Positions 1-9,829 are shown, counted from the first letter of the stretch. The stretch is DNA of 64,000 nucleotides from an uncultured delta proteobacterium (GCA_963765675.1 CAVXXK010000007.1:1-64000); one strand, 5' to 3'. The notes: generated by a model not told the origin, from the sequence alone. Translations and numbers: made by a program.

Positions 1-2
1 AC

Positions 3-845
3 AATCCCGCTCGGCTCATTGGCGTTGATCTGTTCCGCGAGGAGCAGAGAGTTATCGCCAAGGGTGACCGCATCCAGTTCCGCGCACCCGACCGCGCGCT
101 TGGCGTCGTGAACGGGGAGTTTGCGACGGTCGCTGCTATCGACGACCGTAAGGCCGCGCTCCGGATGGACGACGGGCGCGAAATCAAAGCTGGCGTCAAT
201 CGGCTATGCCATATCGATTATGGTTACGCCTCGACCTCGCATTCCAGCCAGGGCGCGACTGTCGATCGCGTCATCGTCAACATCGATACCGTACGCTCCG
301 CTGAAATCGTGAACCGCAAGCAGTTCTACGTCTCGATCAGCCGCGCGCGGCATGAGATCACTCTGTACACTGACGACCGTTTAGCCCTGCGTCACGCGGT
401 CGGCCGCACCCGCGAAAAGTCGATTGCCCTGGAACGGCTCAACCTCAACCTGGCTCCAGATCTCAAGATGATTCCAGAACCGCTGCGCCAGAACATCGCG
501 TCGGCCCACGGCATGACCGGTCTTGCCGAACCCTGCTTCGGATCACATTTTCATCGGCGCTTCGCTATGAGCGCGGACGCTCGGGCTGCGCAAGCTTCGC
601 CGCGAAGCCACGGCGTGCATCGCACGCCTCGCGCTCCGCTTCGCGCCGCTGTGAAGGTGGCGCGCGCTCCGCAGGCAACCGCGCCGAGCGCAGCGTCCGG
701 CACGGCTGCAACGCTCCGCCACGCGCATCCCGGAATCCTGCGCCGCCCTCCAGTCTCGGTTGAGAGGGCGCGCTTTCAAAAATGCTGCGCAACAACCCAA
801 AAACGCCCTTTCCCTTCGGGACGCGGGCGCGGACAGTCGGATTGA
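3..845 (+). CDS. Conjugative relaxase (TrwC/TraA-like), C-terminal SF1 helicase part; 5' truncated by window edge
   Basis: Frame open from base 3 (GDRIQFRAPDRALGVVNGE); helicase motifs HIDYGYASTSHSSQGATVDRV and QFYVSISRAR. Sequence after ~520 is low-complexity, so the true stop may be earlier. Confidence 0.85.
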   Translation, partial: NPARLIGVDLFREEQRVIAKGDRIQFRAPDRALGVVNGEFATVAAIDDRKAALRMDDGREIKAGVNRLCHIDYGYASTSHSSQGATVDRVIVNIDTVRSAEIVNRKQFYVSISRARHEITLYTDDRLALRHAVGRTREKSIALERLNLNLAPDLKMIPEPLRQNIASAHGMTGLAEPCFGSHFHRRFAMSADARAAQASPRSHGVHRTPRAPLRAAVKVARAPQATAPSAASGTAATLRHAHPGILRRPPVSVERARFQKCCATTQKRPFPSGRGRGQSD

Positions 846-982
846 AAGCTCTCGCGTTTCGTAACAGTGGGGCTTACATTCGCTCTTGACTCGCCAATGA
901 TTTCTAGCTAGATAGCTAGATAAGTGCAGGGCAACTTGGTTCACTTGATTTTGGACTGATAGCACCAGCCAATTTTTGTTCG

Positions 983-1273
983 ATGGCTGCGAACCTCAAA
1001 CTTGAACGCGAAGGAGAAGGAGCCGCCGCACGGCAAGCGGCGCTATCGGCGGTACTGCGGGCAACCGCCGGGGATGCCAAAGTCCTCGAACTCTACCAGC
1101 TTCTCACCGCGGAGCAGGCGGCCCACTTTCTCGGCCTAGCAGAGCCCACCCTTCGCGACATGACTTATCGACACGAGCTACCCCACGTAAAGGTTGGCAA
1201 GCGGGGCGTCCGCTATCGCGTTATTGATTTGATTGGCTGGAGCGACCGCAGGAGTGTCGCAGGTGCATCTTGA
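983..1273 (+). CDS. Excisionase-like helix-turn-helix DNA-binding protein
   Basis: LLTAEQAAHFLGLAEPTLRDMTYRHELPHVKVGKRGVRY matches the HTH_17/Xis pattern; directly upstream of the integrase. Confidence 0.8.
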   Translation: MAANLKLEREGEGAAARQAALSAVLRATAGDAKVLELYQLLTAEQAAHFLGLAEPTLRDMTYRHELPHVKVGKRGVRYRVIDLIGWSDRRSVAGAS

Positions 1274-1355
1274 GTGAAGGATATCGAACTCGCGAAGCTC
1301 TGGCCGACAACCCTTTGTAACGGAAGACACGCGGGTTACAGGGATCATCGCCGGC

Positions 1356-2465
1356 GTGGAGAAGGAGGCGACGAAGATGGCACGAGTAGGTAGCAGAGAT
1401 CGCGGCCTTTTTGAGCGGCCGACCGGCTCCGGAACTTGGTGGATTCGGTATCACGACGTGAACGGAATCGAGCGCCGGGAGAAGGCCGGTCCGAAAGGAC
1501 TTGCGCGCAAGCTGTACGAGAAGCGAAAGACTGAAATCCGTGAAGGCCGATACTTCCCACCCGAGCGCCGAAGACCGGTGATGTTTGAGAATATCCTCGA
1601 AAGTTATCAGCGCGCCGCAGAAGCAGAAGGGCGAGGCGAAGCATGGGGGCCAGAGCGTTACCGCCGCTTGCGCGAGAAGTTTGGCGGCCAACCTGCCGCC
1701 TCAATTACTCCAGCAGCGGTCGAGGCTTTTCGCGATGAATTGTCGTGCGACCACGCACCGGCAACGGTCAATCGCCATCTTCAACTCTTGCGCGCCATTT
1801 TTCTCCGAGCGCTCCGTGACGGCAAGGTCGAATCAACTCCAACTGGCAAAGTTCGGTTCTATCGCGAGAACAACAAGCGCGTGCGCTACCTGGGCGACGA
1901 AGAGGAAATCCGCCTGTTCGATGCGTTGCCGAACTGGTTACATCCGCTCGTGACAATCGCGCTCCACACCGGAATGCGCAAAGGAGAGCTGCTGAATCTC
2001 CGTTGGGCCGATGTTGATTTTACGAGCGGGACTATCACGATCCGCGAACCGAAGTCGGGAGAAAACGAACACGTCGTCACGAACGATACCGCGAGGCAAA
2101 CGCTTCGAACCCTATGGGATAAGCGAACAAAGATCGTTGCGATCAAGCCTCGAGGACAAGACAGTTCGGGCGGCTATGTCTTCACCGCGCCGGAAGGCGG
2201 TTACATTTACACCCTCAATCGCTACTGGTACCCGGCACTCAAACGCGCCCAAATCGATGGCTTTCGCTTCCACGATCTGCGACACACCTTCGCATCCCGT
2301 GCTGCTATGAGCGGCGTCGATCTGTATACTCTACAGGGACTCATGAGGCACCGAAGTCCACAGATGACGCAACGCTATGCGCACCTGAGCGCAGCGCATC
2401 AACGAGAGGCCGTTCGGACTCTTGATCGCTGGAAGCAGCGACAGAATGCGGCGTTGCAGAGTTGA
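1356..2465 (+). CDS. Tyrosine recombinase/integrase
   Basis: Catalytic motifs TGMRKGE, FHDLRHTF, MRHRSPQMTQRY; N-terminal arm-binding-like segment WWIRYHD. Confidence 0.95.
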   Translation: MEKEATKMARVGSRDRGLFERPTGSGTWWIRYHDVNGIERREKAGPKGLARKLYEKRKTEIREGRYFPPERRRPVMFENILESYQRAAEAEGRGEAWGPERYRRLREKFGGQPAASITPAAVEAFRDELSCDHAPATVNRHLQLLRAIFLRALRDGKVESTPTGKVRFYRENNKRVRYLGDEEEIRLFDALPNWLHPLVTIALHTGMRKGELLNLRWADVDFTSGTITIREPKSGENEHVVTNDTARQTLRTLWDKRTKIVAIKPRGQDSSGGYVFTAPEGGYIYTLNRYWYPALKRAQIDGFRFHDLRHTFASRAAMSGVDLYTLQGLMRHRSPQMTQRYAHLSAAHQREAVRTLDRWKQRQNAALQS

Positions 2466-2469
2466 GGAT

Positions 2470-2492
2470 TGGTGCCGGTTCTGGTGCCGGTT
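2470..2492 (+). repeat. Tandem direct repeat TGGTGCCGGTT-C-TGGTGCCGGTT, likely integrase arm-type sites
   Basis: Two perfect 11-bp copies with 1-bp spacer between the integrase stop and the att core. Confidence 0.65.
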
Positions 2493-2587
2493 CGCCCACG
2501 AGTTTCGACGGAATCCAACGAGTTTAGACGATGAAAAGACGTGGTATTTCTTGGATTCTTGAGTAACAGTATCGGTATCGGCGCGTT

Positions 2588-2632
2588 CTCATAACCCGGA
2601 GGTCGAAGGTTCAAATCCTTCCCCCGCAACCA
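2588..2632 (+). other. att core: 3' half of initiator tRNA-Met (anticodon loop to CCA), not a complete tRNA
   Basis: CTCATAA CCCGG AGGTC GAAGG TTCAAAT CCTTC CCCCGCA ACCA; upstream bases cannot form the D-arm or the 5' acceptor strand. Confidence 0.9.
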
Positions 2633-2700
2633 ATAATCTTCTAACATCCACAGCCACTTAAGTGACCATCCGCCAGCGTGACGATTTGAACTCGCACCGT

Positions 2701-2723
2701 TGATAGCAGTTCTGGTGGCAGTT
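2701..2723 (+). repeat. Imperfect tandem repeat TGATAGCAGTT-C-TGGTGGCAGTT, arm-type-like
   Basis: Same 11+1+11 layout and TGRTRSCRGTT consensus as 2470-2492, on the other side of the att core. Confidence 0.55.
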
Positions 2724-2727
2724 CCAA

Positions 2728-3384
2728 CTAGTCGTTGGCGTAGATAACCGTCAGTCTGTTATCGACCTCGGAAACGCCCGGTGCGGCCCAAGCCGCAGTC
2801 TCAGCCTCGTGTAGCTCCGCCCAGGAGCGAACAGTTCCACGAAGAATGACCTTACGGTCGTGAGCCTCTATCGAGATTTGGCGTGCATCGATCTGTGCGT
2901 TGCGCTTGAAAGCCTGTTCAATCTGATTGCGGACGTCTGCCGGTATCACCTTGGGCGCAATGGCTATCGCATTTCTGACGCCTTTTACACCAGCCAGATG
3001 CCTGACAGCGCTTTCGGCTGAGGATTTCTGATGGTACCAGTCAACCTTGCCTTCCAAAGTGATCCAACCATGCTCCACGATGACCTTGACCTGGTCCGGA
3101 GGTACGGTTGTATCGATCTTAAGTGCTAATGCTGCAGCCTGAGCGATATCGGTGTCCGTCCGTTCGGTGCTAAGCCTAACTTCGATGTCGTTGGCCAGTC
3201 CCACTACGCCTGCGACGCGCTTTGCAATCCGCTCTGCTCGCCATTTTTCAGCGTAATTGGACACTTGGCCAGTCAGGGTGACTACTCCATTCTTTCCGGA
3301 AACGCCAATTTCGCGGGCGTCAACGCTCGGATCCCACTGAAGTTCTGTCTCCACATCACGACGCAGGTCGTTGTCAGTTTTCAT
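2728..3384 (-). CDS. BON domain protein (OsmY-like, three BON repeats)
   Basis: Three repeats of the type D..I.V....G.VTL.G.V. Confidence 0.9.
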   Translation of the reverse strand: MKTDNDLRRDVETELQWDPSVDAREIGVSGKNGVVTLTGQVSNYAEKWRAERIAKRVAGVVGLANDIEVRLSTERTDTDIAQAAALALKIDTTVPPDQVKVIVEHGWITLEGKVDWYHQKSSAESAVRHLAGVKGVRNAIAIAPKVIPADVRNQIEQAFKRNAQIDARQISIEAHDRKVILRGTVRSWAELHEAETAAWAAPGVSEVDNRLTVIYAND

Positions 3385-3431
3385 ATTATCGCTCCTTCAT
3401 TTTTCGCAGCTCGACCAATGCACCGCGGTTG

Positions 3432-3914
3432 TTACGCGGCCTGCGCCTCAATGATGCGGTGGCGCGGAGCGCAGACCGATGCCAGGAGGCCTGTGATTTC
3501 GGCGTCGCTGATTTGGCGCGCCATTCTCATCCCTGCCTCACGCGCGCCTTCACGCGCGATATCGTTGAGCGATATCAAGCCGATTGGGTGCCCATTTGGA
3601 TCCAGGACCAGCAAGCGGTGGATCTGCTTTTCCTTCATCAACTTTTCTGCCGCTGCGATGTCGTCCTCGGATGTGCAGGAGAAAACCTCTTTCGACATTG
3701 CGCTGGTTACCGGCGCGCCGGTGAGAGGCAGTCCCTGGATGTACGCGCTCATGCAGATATCGCGATCGGTCAGCATTCCGATGGCGCGGCCTTCCTTGTC
3801 GACCACGGGGAGGCATCCGATATCTCGTTCCCACATTATCTGCGCGGCTGTATTGAGGGTGTTGTACTCTGCGCAGCACTTGACGTCCGTAGTCATTAAG
3901 TCTTTTGCTTTCAT
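3432..3914 (-). CDS. CBS domain pair protein
   Basis: KDLMTTDV, IGCLPVVD..GMLTDRDI, HRLLVLD..GLISLNDI. Confidence 0.9.
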   Translation of the reverse strand: MKAKDLMTTDVKCCAEYNTLNTAAQIMWERDIGCLPVVDKEGRAIGMLTDRDICMSAYIQGLPLTGAPVTSAMSKEVFSCTSEDDIAAAEKLMKEKQIHRLLVLDPNGHPIGLISLNDIAREGAREAGMRMARQISDAEITGLLASVCAPRHRIIEAQAA

Positions 3915-3979
3915 CGCTTTCGCCTCTGTTGTGAGGTCGCAGAGCCCGCGACCGGAATCGCCGGGCTCGCGGCCGGTAG

Positions 3980-4447
3980 CTACTTCTTTGAAATCTCGAC
4001 CTTCTTTTGTGCTTCGGCCTCGATCGGCACCTTCTGGACCACGGTCTCCTTCGCCAGCGGAACAGTGATCTCGATCACTCCGTTCTTGAAGCTGGCTTTG
4101 ACCTTGTCGGTCGCTGTTCCTTCGGGCAGGCTCATCCGCCGCTCGAAGGCTCCGTATGAGATCTCACGGCGCAGGTAGTCGTCTTTCTTCACCTCCTGCT
4201 CATTCTTGCGTTCGCCTTTGAGGCTGAGGACGTTGCCCAGAACGGTGACCTCAAGGTCTTTGAGCTCAAGGCCCGGCACGTCCGCGCGCACGACGAGATT
4301 GCCATCCTTCACGTAGCTCTCGATTGCCGGCGTGAAGACCTCGTCGTAATTATCTTCGAAGTCTTCGAACAGGCGCGGGAAAGGCGATTCCCAGCGTCGC
4401 GCCAGCCGTTGGAGATCTCGAAACGGCCTCGAAATTAAAAGTGCCAT
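3980..4447 (-). CDS. Small heat-shock protein (Hsp20/alpha-crystallin)
   Basis: ADVPGL, REISYGAFERRMSLP, KASFKNGVIEITVP; GGAGGA RBS upstream of ATG 4447. Confidence 0.93.
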   Translation of the reverse strand: MALLISRPFRDLQRLARRWESPFPRLFEDFEDNYDEVFTPAIESYVKDGNLVVRADVPGLELKDLEVTVLGNVLSLKGERKNEQEVKKDDYLRREISYGAFERRMSLPEGTATDKVKASFKNGVIEITVPLAKETVVQKVPIEAEAQKKVEISKK

Positions 4448-4507
4448 TCTTCTGTCCTCCATTTGATTTTTTTGTGTGACGGAAATGGTTCAGCCGTCAT
4501 TAGCTTC

Positions 4508-4523
4508 AGCAAGCAACGCGCCA
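4508..4523 (-). promoter_or_regulatory. Sigma54-type -24/-12 promoter for hsp20-CBS-BON
   Basis: Minus strand reads TGGCGCG-TTGC-TTGCT versus consensus TGGCACG-N4-TTGCW, about 60 bp upstream of hsp20. Confidence 0.65.
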
Positions 4524-4694
4524 TCCAAATTCAGGCGGTCGGAAACCGAGCATCGCGAAGCGGATGTAGCCAATCGCATCATCACCCCTAACCGCTGCTG
4601 CCAACGGACGCAGCTAACGCCGGCGTGATGTCAGCCATTGCAGTCCGCCTGAGATCGATCATCAAAGGTGACCTCGCAATGGTTTCGTGGGGGT

Positions 4695-4710
4695 TGGCAC
4701 GGCGATGGCT
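4695..4710 (+). promoter_or_regulatory. Sigma54-type -24/-12 promoter for the ftsH operon
   Basis: TGGCACG-GCGA-TGGCT with correct GG-N10-GC spacing. Confidence 0.55.
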
Positions 4711-4854
4711 AGCAGAGTTTGGAGGAGTCAGAAGATGCCGGTGAGTTTAGTCAGGACGCCTGAGGAGTTGGCTACCGCCGCGGCAAAATGGGGTCGAGAG
4801 GCGCGATCGTAGCCGACAGCACGCGTGGTCGGTGACAGTTACGAACGGTGAACG

Positions 4855-6867
4855 ATGCGGCAGATGGCGCAACAAGAAACCGGACCACAAAAGAGAATGC
4901 CGGGGAGGCGACCCCGGCTCCCGCGGAACGTTATGTTCTGGTGGCTGATTTCCCTGGCCGTGCTGATTTGGTACGCGGTCGGTTTGTGGCCACGGTCGCA
5001 GCCGAAGGTTAGCATCCCCTATTCAGTTTTTCTTACGCAGACGCGCGAGGACAACGTTGCCCGAATTCACATCGCCGGAGACGCGATCGAAGGCACCTTA
5101 ATAAAGCCGTCGCTCTGGAAAGCGACCGAACAGGCGGCCGCGCCGCCCTCGAAACCCGCTCCGCCACCCACTGCGCCTGCACCGCGTACGTCCGCTGGCG
5201 CTGCCGGGCCTGCTCCGACTGCGTACGGGGAATTCGCCACGACCTTTCCCGCCGCAATCGGCGACCCCGGTTTGATGCCGCTGCTCATCGCCCACCACGT
5301 CGTCGTAGATGTGTCGTCGTCGTCGATGCCGTGGTTCGTCGAGCTGCTGGTCACCTGGGGGCCGTTGATCCTGCTGTTTGCCTTCTTCTGGTGGACGAGT
5401 AATCGAGCCGCACGCAGTCAAGGAGGTTTGTTCGGATTCGGCCGCATGAGGGCGCAGCGCTACAGCAGCGAGCAGCCGAAGGTCACTTTCAATGACGTGG
5501 CGGGTGCGGACGAGGCTAAGGCCGAGCTTCAAGAGGAGGTCGACTTCCTCAGGCATCCGAAGAAATACCACGATCTGGGGGCGCGGATTCCCAAAGGCGT
5601 ATTACTGGTCGGCGCACCGGGAACTGGCAAAACTCTTATGGCGCGCGCCGTAGCCGGGGAGGCCGGCGTCCCATTCTTCAGCCTCAACGCATCCGAGTTC
5701 GTCGAAATGTTTGTAGGCGTGGGAGCGAGCCGCGTACGGGACTTGTTCCGGCAAGCCAAGGAGGCGGCGCCGGCGATCGTGTTCATCGACGAACTCGATG
5801 CGGTCGGACGGCGACGGGGCGCTGGCTTGGGGAATGTGAACGACGAACGCGAACAGACGCTCAATCAGCTATTGGGCGAACTCGACGGCTTTGATGAGCG
5901 GTTCGAGGTCATCATTCTGGCGGCAACCAATCGACCGGACGTTCTCGATCCGGCGCTGCTACGGCCGGGACGCTTCGATCGTCAGGTAGTGATTGGGCTC
6001 CCAGATCGAAAAGGGCGCGAGGGCATCCTGCGCATCCATACCAGCAGGCTTCGACTCTCTGGGGACATCGATCTGCCCACTCTCGCGCGCAGCACGATAG
6101 GCATGAGCGGGGCGGACCTGGCGAACCTTTGCAACGAGGCGGCGCTGACCGCGGCGCGACATGATCGCCTCGCTGTTACCATGGCGGATTTTGAGGAGAG
6201 TCAGGACAAGGTCCGAATGGGAGCGGCGCATCCGCAACTAGTAAATCCCACCGAACGGCGCGTGATTGCCTATCATGAGTGTGGACACGCAGTGGTTGCC
6301 TGGCTGACGCCGGCGGCAGATCCGGTACGCAAGGTGACCATCGTGCCTCACGGCCAGGCGCTTGGAATGACAGAGCAGATCCCGGGTGAAGATCGCCACA
6401 ACCTGAGCTTCTCGTATCTAAAGGCGCGGCTCGCCGTGATGCTCGGCGGGCGCAGTGCGGAAGAGATCGTCTTCGGCGAGGTGACCACAGGAGCGGAGAA
6501 CGATCTGGTAGAAGCTACGCGTTTGGCTCGCCGCATGGTGACCCGTTGGGGGATGAGCAAGCTCGGACTCGTGGCTTTCAAGACCGACGAGCAGCAACCT
6601 TTCCTGGGATACGAGATCTCGCAAGGACGCGATTACAGCGAGGCGACTGCGGCGCGAATTGACCAAGAGGTACTGCGCTTACTCGAAGAGACCCACGACA
6701 GCGTCCGCCGTTGCTTGACCGAATCGAGGGAGCGGCTGGATCGGCTCGTTGATGCGCTTCTGCGCGAGGAGACCGTTAGTTCCGACGAGTTGGATCGCGT
6801 CCTTGGCCCGCGTCTCGAGTCAGTAGCGGAACCGATCGGGAGGATGGTCGCAGGTGCGCGAAAATAA
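4855..6867 (+). CDS. ftsH: ATP-dependent zinc metalloprotease FtsH (accessory paralog)
   Basis: Two TM segments, Walker A GAPGTGKT, Walker [34 protein letters not shown] zinc motif. Confidence 0.97.
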   Translation: MRQMAQQETGPQKRMPGRRPRLPRNVMFWWLISLAVLIWYAVGLWPRSQPKVSIPYSVFLTQTREDNVARIHIAGDAIEGTLIKPSLWKATEQAAAPPSKPAPPPTAPAPRTSAGAAGPAPTAYGEFATTFPAAIGDPGLMPLLIAHHVVVDVSSSSMPWFVELLVTWGPLILLFAFFWWTSNRAARSQGGLFGFGRMRAQRYSSEQPKVTFNDVAGADEAKAELQEEVDFLRHPKKYHDLGARIPKGVLLVGAPGTGKTLMARAVAGEAGVPFFSLNASEFVEMFVGVGASRVRDLFRQAKEAAPAIVFIDELDAVGRRRGAGLGNVNDEREQTLNQLLGELDGFDERFEVIILAATNRPDVLDPALLRPGRFDRQVVIGLPDRKGREGILRIHTSRLRLSGDIDLPTLARSTIGMSGADLANLCNEAALTAARHDRLAVTMADFEESQDKVRMGAAHPQLVNPTERRVIAYHECGHAVVAWLTPAADPVRKVTIVPHGQALGMTEQIPGEDRHNLSFSYLKARLAVMLGGRSAEEIVFGEVTTGAENDLVEATRLARRMVTRWGMSKLGLVAFKTDEQQPFLGYEISQGRDYSEATAARIDQEVLRLLEETHDSVRRCLTESRERLDRLVDALLREETVSSDELDRVLGPRLESVAEPIGRMVAGARK

Positions 6868-6899
6868 TTCCCGCAATATTCAAGTATGCAGGTGCAGTT

Positions 6900-8891
6900 A
6901 TGCTTGACCTGACAAGCCAGCGTCTTCGGATGGTTCGCGATCAGATAGCGGCGCGCGGAGTGCGCGATCCTGCGGTGCTCGATGCCATGCGACGTGTTCC
7001 ACGGGAAGCTTTCCTCCCGGATGAACTCCGCGAGTTCGCATACCAGGATACACCGCTGCCGATCGAGCGCGACCAGACCATTTCGCAGCCCTATATCGTG
7101 GCCCTTATGATCGAGAGTGCCGAACCCCGTGCCGGTGATCGCGCTCTCGAGATTGGAACCGGCTCCGGATATGCAGCGGCGGTGCTCTCGGAAGTGGTGG
7201 GCGAGGTCTATACCGTAGAGCGGCACCAGCAACTGGCCACGCTGGCGAACAAGCGTTTTGCCGACTTGGGATATACGAAAGTCAAAGTTCTGCATGGCGA
7301 CGGCACCCTGGGTTGGGCCGAGCATGCTCCGTACGACGTGATCCTGGTGACCGCGGGCGGTCCGCAAGTGCCTAAGCCATTGCTCGAACAACTGGCCATT
7401 GGCGGCCGCCTCATCATACCGGTGGGCGAGAGTTCGCGCCTGCAACATTTGGTTCGAGTTACTCGGACTAGCCGCGACCAGTTAGATCACGATGATCTTG
7501 GCGAAGTCCAATTCGTGCCATTGATCGGAGCAGAGGGTTGGGACGCTGGCGTCGCCAGGAGCGAGCGCCCATCCACTCAGCGCAGCCGGCCCGAGACGAT
7601 CGCCAAGCTGATCCGCGAGACGGCCGTGCCAATCGCAGACATCGAGCAGGTCGACATCGGCCCGTTGCTGGAGCGGATAGGCGATGCGCGGGTCGTCTTG
7701 CTCGGCGAGGCAACTCACGGAACTTCAGAGTTCTACCGAATGCGCGCCCGAGTCACGAAAGAACTGATCTTGCGGCACGGTTTCAACTTCGTTGCGGTCG
7801 AAGCGGATTGGCCGGATGCTGCGCGAATCAACCAGTATGTCCGTCATGCTCCGGCGCGGCAGGAACAATGGAAGGCCTTCGCGCGGTTTCCAACCTGGAT
7901 GTGGCGAAACCATGAAGCGTTGGAACTGGTTGAATGGCTCCGCGCCTGGAACGCGGAAACGCGAGACGCCGAACGGCGAGCGAGTTTCTATGGGCTGGAC
8001 CTCTACAGCCTTTTCACTTCGATTAATGCGGTTATCACATATCTGAGCAGTGTCGATCCGGCGATGGCGGCAACCGCGCGGCGCCGGTATGCCTGCCTGA
8101 GTCCGTGGGAACATGATCCCGCGGTTTACGGGCAAGCGGTACTCAGCGGCAGCTATCGCGACTGCGAAGCCGCTGTTGTGGCGATGCTGCGCGACATGCT
8201 CAATCGGCGGATAGAATACTCCGAACGCGACGGTGATCGGTTTTTCGACGCTGCACAGAACGCTCGATTAGTGGCGGCGGCTGAGCGCTATTACCGCGTG
8301 ATGTACTACGGATCGGTGGAATCGTGGAATCTGCGCGATCAGCACATGTTCGATACCCTTGAGCGGTTGCTGGATTTCCATGGCCCTGGCAGCAAAGGCA
8401 TCGTGTGGGAGCACAACTCACACGTTGGTAATGCGGCGGCCACCGAGATGGGCGCGCGTGGTGAGCACAATGTTGGACAGTTATCTCGTGCACGCTTCGC
8501 CGAGTCGGCATTTTTGGTTGGCTTCGGAACCGACCACGGAACCGTTGCGGCGGCATCGAATTGGGACGGACCCATGGAGATTATGCGCGTACAGCCGTCT
8601 CACGAAGCCAGCTACGAACGGCTGTGCCACGATTCCGGGGTAAAAGCCTTCATGTTGCATCTCAGGGACCCGATTAGACAGGCTGTGCGCGATGAACTGG
8701 AGGCCGCGCGGCTCGAACGTGCTATCGGTGTGGTCTATCGGCCGGAATCCGAGCTCGCCAGCCATTATTTCCAGGCCTGCCTGCCCCGACAGTTTGACGA
8801 GTACATCTGGTTCGATGAAACGCGCGCGGTCTCGCCACTTCCATCGGTCGTCGCGCCCGGCGTCCCAGAGACGTTTCCGTTCGGGGTTTAG
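6900..8891 (+). CDS. pcm: Protein-L-isoaspartate O-methyltransferase fused to an erythromycin-esterase-family domain
   Basis: QTISQPYIV, LEIGTGSGY, HAPYDVI, FVPLIG, then LLGEATHGTSEFY, VAVEADWPD, WNLRD, VWEHNSHVG. Confidence 0.9.
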   Translation: MLDLTSQRLRMVRDQIAARGVRDPAVLDAMRRVPREAFLPDELREFAYQDTPLPIERDQTISQPYIVALMIESAEPRAGDRALEIGTGSGYAAAVLSEVVGEVYTVERHQQLATLANKRFADLGYTKVKVLHGDGTLGWAEHAPYDVILVTAGGPQVPKPLLEQLAIGGRLIIPVGESSRLQHLVRVTRTSRDQLDHDDLGEVQFVPLIGAEGWDAGVARSERPSTQRSRPETIAKLIRETAVPIADIEQVDIGPLLERIGDARVVLLGEATHGTSEFYRMRARVTKELILRHGFNFVAVEADWPDAARINQYVRHAPARQEQWKAFARFPTWMWRNHEALELVEWLRAWNAETRDAERRASFYGLDLYSLFTSINAVITYLSSVDPAMAATARRRYACLSPWEHDPAVYGQAVLSGSYRDCEAAVVAMLRDMLNRRIEYSERDGDRFFDAAQNARLVAAAERYYRVMYYGSVESWNLRDQHMFDTLERLLDFHGPGSKGIVWEHNSHVGNAAATEMGARGEHNVGQLSRARFAESAFLVGFGTDHGTVAAASNWDGPMEIMRVQPSHEASYERLCHDSGVKAFMLHLRDPIRQAVRDELEAARLERAIGVVYRPESELASHYFQACLPRQFDEYIWFDETRAVSPLPSVVAPGVPETFPFGV

Positions 8892-8916
8892 TCAGAACCG
8901 CGGATGAATATTCGAG

Positions 8917-9813
8917 ATGACCAAGAATGTCGCGAAAGTATTGAGGAAGCTCGACTGGATGCGCGAGCAGCGCATCTGGCCGAATGGGATGCGATACCTA
9001 TGGACCGACGCTTTCGGCGTTGTTCTATTGGTATCCCTTTATCACGAGCTGAGGCGAAACGAGTTCCTGGACGGAGCCGAGTGGATTGTTGCCGAGGTCG
9101 AGCGCGTCCTCGGACGTCGGCGCGGATTCAGAATTGGCGAAGCTTCAGATCGTGATGGCCAGTACTTTCACTATCTCGCGATGTGGATCTTTGCACTATC
9201 ACGACTAGGCAAGATACTCCCGGAGTATCGGATGAAAGCAATCCGACTGGTAAAGGATATCCATTCCGATTTCGTAATTCCGGGCCGCGGCGTGCACTGG
9301 AAAATGCTGGAAGACCTGAGCGCGCCATACCCAGGCTTTGGACTCGGCTCGCTCGATCCTTTTCATGGATACGTTGTTTATCGGCTAGTCGATGAAGGTA
9401 CGCTATCGGACGAGATCCAGCAGATGGAAGCTATAATCGCGCGAATCTATCGTGATCTAGTCATTACGCAAGACCTCGGTCTTGGTATGATGCTCTGGAT
9501 GACCAGCTTCTTTCCCGAACGTGAATGGGCGCGCGTTCACCGTGAGCGGAGTCTCGCGACACTTGACCGGATGTGGATCGATCCGCCGGGCTATTTCTGC
9601 CGTGAGTTAGGAGTGCCCGCGGCCAAATTTGCATTCACTAATTTTGGTGTCTCTGTGGGCCTCCAGGCCGTTGAGGCGTGGCCGGAGCGCGTCGGTCGAT
9701 TGAACTCATTTTTCGAAACGTACCGATCAGGAGACGAATACGATACCGAGGCGATTACGCACGTAATGGCATGTGTCTCGTCCTTTCCCGGCGAGTTTAT
9801 CCGGTGCAATTAA
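8917..9813 (+). CDS. Hypothetical protein, function unknown
   Basis: 298-aa ORF 25 bp after the pcm fusion; motif-like segments RYLWTDAFGV and RDGQYFHYLAMW. Confidence 0.75.
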   Translation: MTKNVAKVLRKLDWMREQRIWPNGMRYLWTDAFGVVLLVSLYHELRRNEFLDGAEWIVAEVERVLGRRRGFRIGEASDRDGQYFHYLAMWIFALSRLGKILPEYRMKAIRLVKDIHSDFVIPGRGVHWKMLEDLSAPYPGFGLGSLDPFHGYVVYRLVDEGTLSDEIQQMEAIIARIYRDLVITQDLGLGMMLWMTSFFPEREWARVHRERSLATLDRMWIDPPGYFCRELGVPAAKFAFTNFGVSVGLQAVEAWPERVGRLNSFFETYRSGDEYDTEAITHVMACVSSFPGEFIRCN

Positions 9814-9829
9814 GGCTAGTTGAGCCATA

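Larger units (their letters stand above)
1..2632. mobile_element. Right part of an integrative mobilizable element inserted in tRNA-fMet
   Basis: Relaxase + Xis-like + integrase ending at a tRNA-fMet 3' fragment. Confidence 0.8.

Noticed and set aside
2560-2632. Complete tRNA-Met gene
   Set aside because: The 5' half does not match and cannot fold; treated as an att fragment.
2399-2647. 82-aa minus-strand ORF
   Set aside because: WLRGKDLNLRPPGYE is the antisense translation of the tRNA fragment.
7600-8891. Macrolide resistance gene (ere)
   Set aside because: Family-level similarity only; the fusion and context point to stress physiology.
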